From the NCBI RefSeq assembly GCF_009914755.1, contig NC_060928.1: a stretch of DNA of 64,000 nucleotides; one strand, given 5' to 3'. The number at the start of each line of letters is the position of its first letter. Position 1 is the first letter of the stretch. Source of the DNA: the human T2T-CHM13v2.0 reference genome, Homo sapiens. Positions 31,041 through 59,820 of the stretch are shown piece by piece. Position numbers and translations under genes: made by a program. The notes under the pieces are model-generated. The model did no database searches and was not told the origin of the DNA. It saw nothing but the letters and a program-made list of their open reading frames with translations.

Positions 31041-32110
31041 TCTAAAGAGTTATTGATTGACTGTTTAATTGACAGAATTTGAATTTAGAATTTATATTTC
31101 TATAAATTCCCTCTAAGTACTATTTTAGCTGCATCCTATATTTTGGCAGGTTTTCATGGTCGTGTTTTCATTTTTATTCATTTCCAAGTGTGACTGAATT
31201 TCTCTTGTGATTTCTTCTTTGACTTCTCGGTTATTTTGGAGTATGTTGTTTAATTTTCACATATGTTGAATTTCCAGAAATTCCTTCTGCTACTGATTTC
31301 AAATGTCATTGAACTGTGGTTGGATAACATATTTTGTAATAATTTCAATCCCTTTAAACTTACTGAGGCTTCTTTTGTAGCCTAATATATGGTCTACCTG
31401 GGAGGATATTCATTCTATGGGTACATGAGAATATTGTGCATTCTGCTGTTGGAGTGTCCTATGGTTATCTATTAGGCATCATTGCTTTATAGTGTTAAGT
31501 CTTCTATTTCCTTGTTTACTTTTTTGCCTAGTTGTTCTCTCCCCTTCTGAAAGTGGAGTCCCAACTATTGTTTTTTAATTTTCTATTTTTTTTATTCAAC
31601 TCTGAGTTTTTAGTTTGCGTAATGTGGGACTCTGTTGTTAGGTGCATATATGTTTATAAATTTGTCTTCCTGATGGATTGACCTTTTAAGCATGACAAAA
31701 TGTCTTTCTTTGTCTCTAGTGACATTTTTTGTCTTAAAATCTATTTGTCTCATATTGGTATAGCTACTCCATCTCTTTGGTTACTATTTGCATGGCATAT
31801 CTTTATCCAACCTTTACTTTCAATTTACTTGTGTCTTTGAATCTAAAGTGAGTCTTTTGTAGATGGCATACAGTTGGATCTTTTTTTAATTCATGCTGCC
31901 AATCTCTGCTTTCAAACAGAGAGCATAACCCATTTATATTTAATTTAATTACTGATAAGGTAGGATATATGTCTGCCATTTTGCTATCTGTTTTCTACCT
32001 GTCTTTTTTGTTCCTCAAGTCCCCCAATATTGCCTTCTTTGGTGTTAAATAGATATTTTTTCATGTACCATTTTAATTCCCTTGTCAATTCTTTTATTAT
32101 ATATTTTTGA

Positions 32111-32527
<417 letters not shown>

Positions 32528-32772
32528 TAAATGCTCTAAATAGTTCAACTCCTCTATGCTATTATTATTATGTGCTCATCAATACAGATTTATAGTTATT
32601 GCCCCATGCAATTGCCTTCTAAGTCAGATATGAGAAAAAAAGATAAATAATAAACAACAAATACATTTATATGCCTTTAATATTTACCTACATGATTACT
32701 TTACTTGTGTTATTTCTCCATATAGGTTTGAGTTACTGTATAGAGTTCTTTCGATTCAACCTAAAGGACTCT

Positions 32773-34184
<1,412 letters not shown>

Positions 34185-34911
34185 CTACAGGAATTGTTGT
34201 TGTTTGTTTTAGTGACTATTCAGAACTAATTCTGTAAAGTCTGTATTCATTGCCATGTTCCTGTCTCTACTTGGTTAACTTTTGACAAGCTAATGATTAA
34301 ACAGAGATTTCCTTACATCTGGAACCAATACATCTCCCAGAGTTTTCTGAGTGACTTTGTATGGGTACTAGTGCACACCTTTAAAACTAGAAAATCTTAC
34401 AACTCCACCTTAGCCTTCACTTCCTGCTTGTACAGAATCTCAAGATAAACCAGAGTTGAGAGCTTAGCTTAGAGTCTTCTCAATTCTTTTCTAAGCGTGC
34501 TTACAGCCCTTTCATGTAAATGACCTTCCAGATACCAGGAATATATTAAAGCTTTGCAAAGCCCCTATGCATATTTCATTCTCCAGTTAGTCCTTTTAAG
34601 CTTTTTGTTAGTCTATTTTGCCCCAGTTATTGTCCATCACCTCAGGCAACTTTGTAGGCAAAGTTAAAACACTTGCCTACAATTGTCTTTTACAATGCCC
34701 CCTAGGACAGAAAGGGACTTAACACTGAGTGAGTTCTCAGTCAGCCTTATAGGTGGGGTCTTCTAGGGAACCATCAGACAAGTTGGATGACAATTCTTAG
34801 AGCACAAGGCTTGGAAAGAGTTATAGACCCACTCTGGTGGCTGCCCCCAAAAATATGGGTTGTTACTTTTTAAGGCTATTGCATAGCTGGAAAGTAGAAG
34901 GTGGGACTAGG

Positions 34912-35490
34912 GTTAGTTCAACCACTGTGGAAGACAGTGTGGCAATTCCTCAAGGATCTAGAACTGGAAATACCATTTGACCCAGCAATCCCATTACTGG
35001 GTATATACCCAAAGGATTATAAATCATGCTGCTATAAAGACACATGCACATGTATGTTTATTGTGGCATTATTCACAATAGCAAAGACTTGGAACCAACC
35101 CAAATGGATTAAGAAAATGTGGCACATAAACACCACGGAATACTATGCAGCCATAAAAAATGATGAGTTCATGTCCTTTGTAGGGACAGGGATGAAGTTG
35201 GAAACCATCATTCTGAGCAAACTATTGCAAGGACAGAAAAACAAACACCGCATGTTCTCACTTATAGGTGGGAATTGAACAATGAGAACACTTGGACACA
35301 GGGTAGGGAACATCACACACCAGAGCCTGTTGTGGGGTGGAGGAAGTGGGGAGGGATAGCATTAGGAGATATACCTAATGTAAATGATGAGTTAATGGGT
35401 GCAGCACACCAACATAGCACATGTATACATATGTAACAAACCTGCACGTTGTGCACATGTGCCCTAGAACTTAAAGTATAATAAAAAAAA
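34912..35490 (+). mobile_element. 5'-truncated L1PA 3' end
   Basis: ORF2 C-terminus [29 protein letters not shown]...FSLIGGN, 3'UTR and A tail. Confidence 0.92.
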
Positions 35491-36375
35491 ATGCCACAGA
35501 CTTCACTGTTCTTACTGAGATGCAGCCATTTTTCTTAAATAAATGTTCCCTGGTTTGCTACAAGCTGTTAGTTAATTTCTGGAGTTCTGAAAATGTTAAT
35601 TCTGAATAATTTTGCCAGTTTTTTCATTTCTCTTATGGAAGGGAAAATTTTGAGAGGTCCTTACTCAGCCATTTTTGCTGACATTCTCCCACAATGTTTT
35701 TTAAGACAAAAATAATCCAAATCGTGGCTAAGTACAAAAGCACTAGTAGCTAGATATCAGCATCATGGAAATGGAGGGCTACAGGTTGCGAAATAATGAA
35801 GACATAACAAAGAGCCCATGTCTTCTGTGAAATTGCCCCATAAGGCCCATTCAGAATATCCATGAATTTCCAATACCTCTTCATCCTCTTTTAATTAAAC
35901 CTACTATTCCTTAAAAACCAGCACCCCAAGATAAATGAGAATAAGCTAATTCAGTCTTATTGATTCCCTGTTTTGTTTAATTACTAGAGTTCTGATTTGT
36001 TTAATTGCTAGAGATTGCTTTCTACTATTTTTACTGCAAATGTGCCTTGACTTAGCTACAATATTGCTGCAGAGAAATGTGCTCTACATTCCAAACAATC
36101 AACTTTACAAACTTTTGAAACCAAATAAATTTGATAACAAAGAATCAGCTGTATGCAATTAATGACAGAAGCCAATAATGTAAAAATTAGGTGATGTAGG
36201 CTTGTAGATTACCAGAGACCTCAGATGGAAGTAAGACTTAAGCTAGATGTTGAAAGATGGAGAAAGAATTAGGAGAACATGGGAAAGATTGTATAACCAC
36301 AAGCTTCCAGTCTGTCACTGGCATAATATAATCTCAGGTAAGTGAGTAAACTAAATTGGCTATGGTAGTGATTAA

Positions 36376-36753
<378 letters not shown>

Positions 36754-37030
36754 TAGTAAGAATGTTATTGAAATAACTGAGAGGAAGAGATTTCAAAAAG
36801 CCCCACTCAGGATTCTGATATGCCTCCCTTCACCATCCTACCCCTCCACACCTCCCTGGGAATGAAAAGCCACGGGAGACCTTAGAAGACAGTGCCCTTT
36901 TGAAAGTGTTACGACTGTATTTCATGGTTTAATGACCTAATTTCCTAAACATTAGGCAAATCTGTTTCAACACTTTCCAAAATGTAATTCATAGTATACT
37001 CATCTCGTAAGATACCATCTATTAAAAATT

Positions 37031-37165
37031 AAGCCAGACATGACGACATGCACCTATAGTCCAAACTACTCAAAAAACTAAGGTGGGAGAATTGCTTGAG
37101 CACTGGAGTTCAGGTGTGGGCAAGATAGTGAGACCTTGTCTCTAAAATAAAATAAAATAAAATAA
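37031..37165 (+). mobile_element. Free Alu monomer
   Basis: Degenerate single arm with (TAAAA)n tail. Confidence 0.7.
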
Positions 37166-38486
37166 ATTCAGTCCACATAAGCTGGGAAAGCCCACATAGC
37201 ATAGCCCCTTCTATCAGAATTTCACCAACTATATTAACATGCCTAATGAAGGACCTAAGGACTCCCACAGTAAAGAAAACTGTTTAATTTTTTCAATCCA
37301 CACACACATTTGATGACAAATCTTATTCTTACAGAATACCTATTAACACTCTAGTATTGCACAGGAAAAGCTGAGAAACTCCAGCCTACATTGGCTTCTT
37401 TGTGACCGGGGACATGTCACATGTGGTTCTGTGCTTGCCTCAGATCTGCTTATGCAAGACAATATAACAGGAAGTGGTATTCCTTCCTCTCTCCAGAAAC
37501 CCCACTCCCTACAGCACTCCCCTGGCCAGGCTTCATTTGCCTCTTTAAATCCTAGTGCAGAGATGAGCTAAGCCCAGTCCTCTCTCCCATCCTTCAGGTC
37601 CCCACTTGGCTTTATTCAGTACAGATGTGTGATCAAGGCTCCTGGGTTCCTCAGTGTTTTTCTGGGAATCTCACCAATACTTACCCGCTGCATCTGAGCT
37701 AAGTAACTGAGCTGGCCCAAAGAGAAACCAGCGTGGAGAACATGATGGCACTTGTGGGTCTTCTTGTGTAATTAACTAAAGGACAGGAATGGGCTGTGGA
37801 AAGCTGCAGTGCAGGGGACAAAAGATAAGAACAAGCCTGTCTGAGCCTGAATGAGTTACAAAAGAGAGCAAGGCAGACAAGAATGAAGATGAGAAATGAC
37901 CTTCTTCCCAGCTCTCATTTCCTTCCTCTGTAAAATCCCTGAGTGTCCTCTTCAATTCTTCCCTAGCACAACTGTAGGCTGCTTTCTCCCTCAACGCTGT
38001 GCTCTGTGCTCCCTCTGCTGGCTCTCACATGCCAGCTACATTTAAAACAACCACAGGATAGTACAATGCCCACATTTGGGTGGCCTTCAGCAATGTTTCC
38101 CACTTGTACATGCTGTCTTAAATTTGGCTATACTTCTTAGCAAAAAATGAAAATTCAACCTCTTTTGTATTATAAAAAAAAAGTGGAGACAGGAAGGGAA
38201 TGATTAAATAAATTATTGTACTTCATACTATGAAATGCAGCCACTTAATTTGTGTCCACAACTGTGTGAGGTACTGAGGATAAAAAGATTTGGTAATACA
38301 TGGTCCCCGCTCTCAGGAAATTTACAAGCTAGTGAGGGGAGACTGACATATAACACACTTTTCAAAACGAAGAATTTTAGAAAATTCCTATAACATATGC
38401 CTTAAATGATGACTCAAACATGTCCTCTAAACGTATAAAGAGGTACCTCACACAGCCCAGGCTGGACTTTCTTAAATATTCATCTT

Positions 38487-38853
<367 letters not shown>

Positions 38854-39049
38854 TCATGTTGAGTTTCACAATTGGTAGCTGGTGCAGAAGGTTCAGGTAG
38901 CAAATGACTGTTTTTGGATTTGGGATATATGGTATTTCTGAAGGTCAAAGGAAATATTTGATACATCCACTCTGTAATCACAGGTTTGTAGTGTTCCTGA
39001 CCAGCCCATCTCACACGCACCCTTCCCCACACACACACCCAACACTTCA

Positions 39050-39575
<526 letters not shown>

Positions 39576-40039
39576 AAATTAAAAAAAAAAATGTAATGTG
39601 CATCTTAATGGATAGATTTGGTTACATGAAAATATGAAACCATCATGATCATAACTGCCATCTGTTACGGCTACCCCCATTATGGACACCTACTAAGGGC
39701 CAGTCACTATATGCTTTATGCTTTATATGCCTTAGCTCATTTTATGAATTAGGCACAGAGATGAGCCTAAGGAACAAAGTGTAGTTCAGAGATGCAAAGT
39801 AAGGATTCAAATCCAGGTATGCTTGATGCCAAAGTCCCTTCAGTGTCTTCTTACTACGCTACCTTGAATCATTATCCAGTTTCCACAAATACTGTTACCT
39901 GAGGTTTCCTCCACTGGTTGCTAAGCATAGTGGAAAAGACTAATATGACAGTCAGCAATAGTATCCTATGTCATGTTCATGCTGAGCAAAGCTCTTTGAG
40001 CTCTATGGGAAGCCGCTGGCCTTAAGGAAATTAAAATAT

Positions 40040-40718
40040 AATGGAGCACGGACTATATGCAAATAATTAAATATAGCTAATAGATTTTCTACATGCCAAA
40101 ATTAGCCAGTTTGAAAACCTTATGGAGAACAAATTCCATTAACAAGAACAGCCAAAATATCCCAGAATAAATGTAACAAAAATTTGTCAAGCCTTTATGA
40201 AAAAGATCATAGGAAGTCAGTAGAATAAACAGAAAGACAACTCATGTTTCTAGATGGGAAGACTCAATGACTGAATATTGTAAATATATTAATTATCTCC
40301 AAATTGTTAAATGTAAAGTCATTTAAGCTACAATTACCGAATCATTGTGATATTAGCACAGAAATGAGCACAGAAATCAACCCTAAAGTCCAATGAACAA
40401 TATATATATATAGAACAATATACAATATATATAAAGTCATATATATATATAAAGTCATATATATATATGGGACTTTAACCTATGGTAAAAGTGGCATTTC
40501 AAATTACTGTGGAAGCCAGATGCAGTGGTTCATGCCTATAATTTCAGCTACTTGGGAGGCTGAGATGGAAGGATGGAGCCAGGAGTTCGAGGCTGCAGTG
40601 AGTGATGATAACCCCACTGCACTGCAGCCTGGGTGATAAGAGTGAGACCCCATCCCTCAAAAAAAAAAAAATGAGTGGGGAAAGTATATTCAGTAAGTCT
40701 TATAAAATAGTTGGCAGT
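40040..40718 (+). mobile_element. Old L1M ORF2 fragment, host of the L1PA; continues at about 49350-49660
   Basis: Degenerate ORF2 motifs (gggaagactcaat, tatggtaaaagtggcatttcaaat) resume after the L1PA (aaattccaggtggattaaagatttaaac). Confidence 0.6.
40511..40671 (+). mobile_element. FRAM/Alu right monomer
   Basis: Single arm with A tail. Confidence 0.8.
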
Positions 40719-49349
<8,631 letters not shown>

Positions 49350-49666
49350 AGAATAGTTGGCTGTCCATTTGGGAAGATGCAAATTCCAACCTCATAAAGG
49401 GCACAAAAACAAATTCCAGGTGGATTAAAGATTTAAACATTAAAACAAACATATAAAAGTAACAGAAAAAAATAAGAAAACATTTACATTTGGGGATGGG
49501 GATAGAAAAAGAGGCCTTGCCTAGTATGACACTAAGGTCCAACAAAAATGTCTAAATAAAAAAATAGACACCATAAAGAAAAAGAAAAATCAAATAATAA
49601 ACCTCAAAAGAAACATCTGAGATATATATATGATAGTCAAAGAAAACATTGTTAATTTAAAAAACA

Positions 49667-50442
<776 letters not shown>

Positions 50443-50552
50443 TTTTCAGAAAAATGTATATAAAATGCACAAAAATGAAAAGACAAATATAAATTAGATT
50501 ATTCCAGTGGTTCTTTTATGGGATGGTAAAAATAGACAGGCTTTTACTCTAG

Positions 50553-50860
<308 letters not shown>

Positions 50861-51114
50861 TAAATTTTTACAGTGATCACATACGTAAATAAAAAAATTA
50901 TAAAAATGTTCCATTTTGAAGAACAATAACTAAAAAAACAGTCCTTTATGAGAGAACTTCAATACTTAATAAGACTCATCTTGAATTAGTGAGTGCTTGA
51001 AAGTCTCCAGCTGACAAAAACACTTACAAACTCTCTAATGACCTAAGAAGTCAGATGACTAAAAAATTAGTTGCTCTTCCTTCTGGGAAGCTAACCTCTA
51101 AAAAGCAATAATTC

Positions 51115-51410
51115 AGGCATAGTGGCTCACGCAGGTAATCCCAGCACTTCGGGAGGCTGAGGGGGTCGGATCACTTAAGGTCAGGGGTTCGAGACCAGAC
51201 TGACCAACATGATGAAACCCTGTCTCTACTAAAAATACAAAATTAGCCAGGTGTGGTGGTGCACACTTGTAATCTCAGCTATTCAGGAGGCTGAGGCAGG
51301 AGAATCACTTTAACCCAGGAGGCAGAGGTTGCAGTGAGTCGAGATCGTGCTACTGCACTCAAGCCTGGGCAACGGAGTAAGACTCTGTCTCAAAAATAAA
51401 TAAAATAAAA
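51115..51410 (+). mobile_element. AluS
   Basis: Dimeric Alu; TSD aaaaagcaat. Confidence 0.9.
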
Positions 51411-52944
51411 AGCAATGATAGTAGTATTCACCAGTCAAAGTACTGATGAGTCTAAAAGCATGTTGTGAAAGAAATTAACAACAGTGAAATGTCCCATTTC
51501 ACCTTCCCAGGATCCTAGCTTCTCACCACTCTTTCTGCTGCATCCTCAAGATTGTATCAAACTATCAAGGGAAAGGTGGAAATGTCTGTGATATTTTATA
51601 TTACCTGCCGTGGTTTTCATTCTCAGTTATTCTCTTTGGCACAAAAATGGAGAATGAAAAAAATGGAGGAGGAGGAAGGAGAGATGGAGGAAGAAGAGAG
51701 TAAGACAGAAAAGCTTCTCATTCTAAAAAGTTTCAAAATAGATTTTGGGAACTCTCTGAAAACAGAGTATATGGGGAAAAAAAGGTTTCAGACAATCAAC
51801 GTTCATGGCATCAACTGGGAAAACGCCCAGGGTGGTCAGAGTTGCCCTACCTAGACTTGCTGGAATGTCCACATGTCAGAGAAGGACAGAATGAGAAGGA
51901 AGCACTCCAACTAGCTAGAGCCCTCTCTAGGAAGTGAGGGGTGACATAGTGTGGTGATGAGAAGACTCCTAGTAAATTGGGGATCCAAGAGCTTGCTTCC
52001 CAAATGAAGTAAGGTCTAAAAGCTGCTCCCCACATGATAGCAGTGACACAGCACAACAGGAGAGTGCGACAGGAGGGCATATTGTGACACAGCCTCTGGA
52101 GCCACCCGCAGCCTCAGAATGACATGTGGGAGCAGTGGGAATTTTTCTTCGCCTCCAAGAGGACCAAAAAAGTGACTGAAAGAGAAACAGAGCACCTAAA
52201 GGGGCCTTGGGGTTCCAAGTAGAGTGTGTGACTGGTGATCAGAGACAGACAGAAAACAAACATTAGCTGCAGATTCCACCTTAGAGGGACGAAGGTCACT
52301 AATTGGAAGCTCTTTCCCTCCACCAAGTTTCCCACACTCAGAGATGCCACCCCATGGGGAAAGAAGGAAAGGGAGAAATCCTGAGTTAAGTGAGGAAACC
52401 TGGCATTGACTAGAGTAAGCCTTGGCTATCAGGCATAATACAGCATACAGAAAACATACAGGAAGGAAAGAAAGCACAAGGGACAGTATGCAATTGGAGG
52501 GGAGGATTAAAGGCTTAGAATGACTGCTGTGCTGAAAGCTCACCAGGGAGAAGGGGCTCAAAAAAGATAGATTTGTGGTGAGGTTTATTCGGTTTGTTTT
52601 TACTGTAAGCAAGACCCTGGGGTAAGCAAAAGCATTACCCCAGAGTTAACAAATTTCCTCTTCCCAGGTATAAGTAATGTGACCAGTGGTTTTAATCAGT
52701 CACCCTGCCTGTAACACAGACACACTTATCAAGCTGATAAGACACACTGATTCGAGATTTCCTGTATATAGGATACATGATTCAACAAGGCATTTTTCTC
52801 AGGAGCTATAGTGCAGACCAGTTTCGCTCCTTCCTTGTCAAATCCAATTTGATTACCCTGTGTTAAAGGAAATGGAATTGACTACCTGCCTTCACCCAGA
52901 CACCCAGAAGGATACTGATTGTCATTCTTTAAGGTTACACCATT

Positions 52945-53223
<279 letters not shown>

Positions 53224-54298
53224 TTACACCATTGGGAGCAAGAAAGTAATATGTACTTATCACAAATTACTGCAATTGCATAACTACTGTATGCTAATAT
53301 TTTTGCATAATTATTTCATTTAAACTTGACAATTACCCCCATTTTATGAACTAGGAAACTGACTCTCAGAAAGATTAAGTTACATAAACTCATGGAGTAC
53401 ATGGGCAATGCCCATATATGAATCTAAGTTTGTCTGACTTCAAAGGCAAACTCTTTCCACTCTACCACAATACCTTGGTGATGAAAATATATAAGGTCAC
53501 ACTTTTAAAAAATTATTGTCAAGGCACCCAAGGTCTAAGACAACAAAAGTCATGCTACCACTCCTTCCACTCTGCCCTCCTACCTACTCTCTCATACACC
53601 TTTTCTCTGCCACACTCATCCCCCAAACCCACCTGCCTTCTTTCAAGCCTTTACAGAAGCTATTCCCTCTGCCTAGACTCTACTATCTTTCTTTCCTCCC
53701 CACTTAGAGAACGCCAACCCATCCTCTAAGTCAAGGACTTTTAAAGCTTTGCTAGCTCTCCATCCCATCTTCTGCAGCTTTGTTCATCTTTCCCTGATAG
53801 CACACGCATACCACTTGAGACTGGCGTTTCTCCGCCTGTGCCTCTGTAACCACTACTAGAATATGAACTCCTCAACTTCAAGGTCGGGGCCGACCTACTT
53901 GCATACCCAGGAATCTAAGGCATTTAGCGCACAGCCGGAGTTCAATAAATGCCTGGATTAATGAATTAATTTTCTTTAAAATCAAGGTCTACATTTCACA
54001 TGCTCTAGATTGTGAATAAATCATAAGGAGGTAAACACTATGAAGTACACTGGCGCTCGACAAATGATTTTAAGGAGAAAGGCTGCCACCCAAAGCAGGT
54101 TTCTCCAGAGACCCCGCCCGTGTCCCGTCAAACGCGCCGCTAGGGCTGGAGACGGCCCCGCCTCTCTCCCTGCCAATCAGTCCCTCTTCGCGCCTGCGCA
54201 CGCACCGCCCTCTCCCGAAGCCCCGCCCCGGTCACCGCCCCGAGGCTGTCCCGGACGGTTGGGTCCAGAGGAGCCTTTCCTTCACTGGCCCGCCTGCT

Positions 54299-54376
54299 AT
54301 GACGATCATGTACAGCTGCATTGCTAATGGCCGAGCGGTCCTAGCGGAGCTGACACTGACTGGAGGTTCTTACCAG
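54299..54376 (+). CDS. VAMP9P: Coding part of exon 1 of the VAMP7-like gene (26 codons, longin N-terminus)
   Basis: ATG at 54299 (context GCTATGA), open to CAG|gtacct donor at 54377, phase 0. The longin-like pattern MxIxYxxIAxGxxVLAE...GGxY is present. Confidence 0.6.
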
Positions 54377-54499
54377 GTACCTCCGGATCCACGCCACCGC
54401 CCCCACGGGTTCCGCCCCTCGAGGGTGGTGCCCCCCGAGCCCGCCCCTAAGGACGCGGCGCTGCGAGGTGGTCCGGAACCTGCTCGGGGGACACAAGCT

Positions 54500-54570
54500 C
54501 CCGCCCCGCGAGAGATCCCGCCCCCACGAGAGACCCCGCCCCCGCAAGAGGCCCCGCCCCCGCGAGAGGC
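54500..54570. repeat. GC-rich minisatellite, about 4 x 18 bp (CCCGCCCCCRCRAGAGRC)
   Basis: Units ccgccccgcgagagat, cccgcccccacgagagac, cccgcccccgcaagaggc, cccgcccccgcgagaggc. Confidence 0.8.
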
Positions 54571-54714
54571 TGGCGTCCCGGCGGCTGCCGCACGTGCGCC
54601 ACCTAGGGGACAGAGCTGGCGCTGCACGTGCTGGGTTTGGTGGCTATTTGAACCCAGGTCCAACTTTGATAGACCCTAAAATTTGTCTTTCTCCTGCGGA
54701 GAAATGACCTGCAG

Positions 54715-56560
<1,846 letters not shown>

Positions 56561-56579
56561 TCTTTCTCTTCAGGAAAGG

Positions 56580-57950
56580 AGAATGTGAATATAGACATAT
56601 GATTCAGTCTCCTCCTGGGGCTCTCTTCTTTACCAATCCCTTACATGCTGTGTTCCTTAAGGTTCTCGTTGTAGTCCTCTTTTAACTTGACACACTCATT
56701 CACATCCATAGACACCTTTCCTCTGATTACAGCCAAACCCACTTCCAAAGTTATCTCTCTCCTGAGTTAGATTGCCTAATAGAACATATCATGTCCAGAA
56801 CTAAATTAATTGTCTTTCCTAACAGATTCCTCCTTGCATACAGTCATGCACTGCCTAATGATGATTTGGTCAATGACAGGCCATATATATGACAGTGGTC
56901 CCATAAGATTATAATACCACATTTTTACTGTACCTGTTCTATGTTTATGACATTTACATACACAAATACCATTGTGCTCGAATTGCCTACAATATTCAGT
57001 GCAGTAACATACTGTCCAGGTTTGTAGCCTAGGAGCAATAGGCAATACCGTAATAGCTTAGGTGTGTAGTAGGCTAGACCATCTAGGTTTGTGTAAGTGC
57101 ACTCTATGATGTTTGCACACAAGCAAATTGGCTAATGACTCATTTCTCAGAACGTATCTCTGTCGTTAAGTGACACGTGACTATTTCTGATCTTGCTTAG
57201 TAGCTCTACTGAGCTATTCAAGCTGGAAACTGGGAGTCACCTCCAGTTGTTTCCCTTCTTCCGCTTCACATCTGTTCATTCATCACCCAGTTCTATCAGT
57301 TTTGTATCTCCTGAGTATATCTCAAATCTATCTCCTTGTTTCTGAACCATGTCTTCATCCCAGCCCCTCTCACCAGGCTTATTGAAAACACCTCCTAACT
57401 AATCTCCCAGACTTCAGCCTTGTCCTACTAAAAAACAATTTCCACACTGCTGCCCCAATGATAGTTCCTAAAAGCAAATAGGATCATATCACTCCCCTGC
57501 TTAAAATAATTTGGTGGCTACTGATTACATTACCCACACTCCTTAGCCTGGCACTCAAGGCCCTCTCTGGTTATCTCCTTCCCTTCCCCACATACCCATG
57601 TGCTCCAACTATCCTGAATTTCGTGCTGTTCTGCTATCTCACCATGGTCTCCCTCTGCATCTCCTTTTCCCTCTACCTGGAAATTACTTTTCTCCATTTT
57701 GGGGCAGTATAACATTTATGCTTTGAGACTCTTCTCAGTTTTTCTCCTTGAAGCCTCCACTACACACAGGTTAACTTACATTCCTCTACCAAACTACTTA
57801 CCAGGCTGAATTAGAATCTTCTTTCACTTGTCTGTCTCTGCCATCGAACTCAAGGACAGGGACAGTCTTCATCTCTGTCTTTCCGGTGTCCAATGCCTAA
57901 TACATAATAGGCAGTAAGTTCTCAATAAATGTTTTTTTAATTTGTTAATT
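56580..57950 (+). mobile_element. L2 LINE remnant
   Basis: gatcatatcactcccctgcttaaaa motif and 3' end ctcaataaatg. Confidence 0.7.
56841..57183. mobile_element. Tigger3a/MER7-like DNA transposon
   Basis: TA|cagtcatgcactgcctaatgatg...ggtcccataagattataat...tgtcgttaagtgacacgtgact inverted ends. Confidence 0.82.
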
Positions 57951-59129
57951 AAGAAAGGAGAGAGAAAACTAAAATCTTTCATAAGCCCCAAGTGACCTCT
58001 CTTGGTGAAGCATACAGGAAGGGAAGAAAGTAGAGGTATAAGGCAGTATATAATTGGAGGAGAGCACTGAAGGCCTGGAATGACTGCTGTGCGGAAAGCT
58101 GACTAGGGAGGAGAAAAAGAATAGCAAGGAGCTTCAAGAAATAGTTCAGGTTAAAAGGAAAGAAAAAAGTATCACATCTTCCCTCAATGCCAAGGATATA
58201 AAAAATTTTATATCCATTTGAAAAACATGAGTACCAAAGTTTAATCATGAGATCCAACTAACTGCTATTATAGAATCCTGGCACTGAACGGGATCCTAGA
58301 GATCATCTGTCCAATCTCTTCATTCTTCCCACGAGTAAACAGACCCAGACAAGTCACTAAGTCATGCAACACATTAATTCTAGAAACACAACTAGAACCC
58401 ACTTTGCCATTCATTTTACTGCCTCATATTGCCATTTGTTTTGTTTCAAATTTTGCTAAGATACCAATGTTTACACTATACACTAAAAGAGACACTTGGG
58501 GGAAAATGTGGGAATATGTTCCATTACTAATAATTGAGAGTTTGTGTGTCCCTTTAATTTTTCAAGTTTTTTAGGAAATCCTTTCCTAGAAAATATCACT
58601 GGGACTTTTCAGGCAATACCAAGAGTTTCAGGTTTTACTTTCTACCATTAATAATAACTTTTACCCTTCCATAAATGTTTTTATTTCTTGTTATTTTGTG
58701 AAAATGGAAAAATTAATTGGGATTATAGCCATTCAAGACTTCTTGGGTAACTTTCAGATTTCTTTAACACTTCTAAAGTAAATTAATGGGACTGCATATA
58801 ACTGATTACATTTAAGTTATTCTGGATAGTCATAGTATCTTACAAATTTTTCCCCAAAGAATGAGCCTTATAAGAAACAGGTATAAGAGTTCTTAGCAAT
58901 TGTTTGTTTTTTAGAAAGAGATCAGTGAACAATAGTGAATAAAAATTTTTATCTTAAAAAATAAGGTAAGACTGCTTAGGGTATTCAGAAAATAAAAGAT
59001 GAATATCCTTAACTATTAACATTTTATTTATAGTTTCAGTAGCTAGTGGTTACTGAAAAGATGTTTGATTAGATAGTGCTTTCCAGCCTTGAAACCATGT
59101 ATAAGATATGATTGTAAAAATAAGATTAT

Positions 59130-59180
59130 TGATCCAGATGGCCTGAAGCAACTGCAGTATCACAAAAGAAGTAAAAATGG
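59130..59180 (+). mobile_element. LTR7 (HERV-H LTR)-like fragment fused 5' of the AluY
   Basis: atccagatggcctgaagcaactgcagtatcacaaaagaagtaaaaatgg resembles the LTR7 U3 repeat as recalled. Confidence 0.7.
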
Positions 59181-59564
<384 letters not shown>

Positions 59565-59749
59565 TCAGATTCATATGAATATTTCAGGATCACTTGACTG
59601 TTACCATGCATTATGAATCCCCACTCATTAGTTCTCCTAGTGAACTGGTTTTCCTTAATAAACTAATTAGAACATTGATAAATTTAGGAGGAGAATAATG
59701 AAATACACTACAATCTTCTGCAAAGTAAATGCTGACAATTTATTTTTAG

Positions 59750-59820
59750 GAAGCAGTGGCAAAAGTGCTTAGATTAGTGCTTCTTAGAGCTGAACCAAAG
59801 ACCATAATTCAAATGGGAAG
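59750..59820 (+). CDS. VAMP9P: Exon 2 of the VAMP7-like gene (71 nt, EAVAKVLRLVLLRAEPKTIIQMG+2 nt)
   Basis: Branch-like CTGAC at 59732-59736, acceptor tatttttag|G, open in phase 0, donor AG|gtaaag at 59821 (phase 2). Confidence 0.6.

Larger units (their letters stand above)
54050..54640. promoter_or_regulatory. CpG-island promoter with GC boxes, CCAAT box, NRF1-like site and two E-boxes
   Basis: Only CpG-dense unique segment in the window. CCAAT at 54173-54177, GCGCCTGCGCA at 54190-54200, many CCCGCCC boxes, CACGTG at 54591-54596 and 54625-54630. Confidence 0.85.

Noticed and set aside
40395-40468. TA-rich repeated units (atatataaagtcat)
   Set aside because: Ordinary low-complexity slippage.
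54377-54679. Pro-rich remainder of the 126-aa ORF and overlapping GC-rich ORFs (54040-54707)
   Set aside because: Read-through into intron 1; long ORFs are expected in a CpG island and longin similarity ends at the donor.
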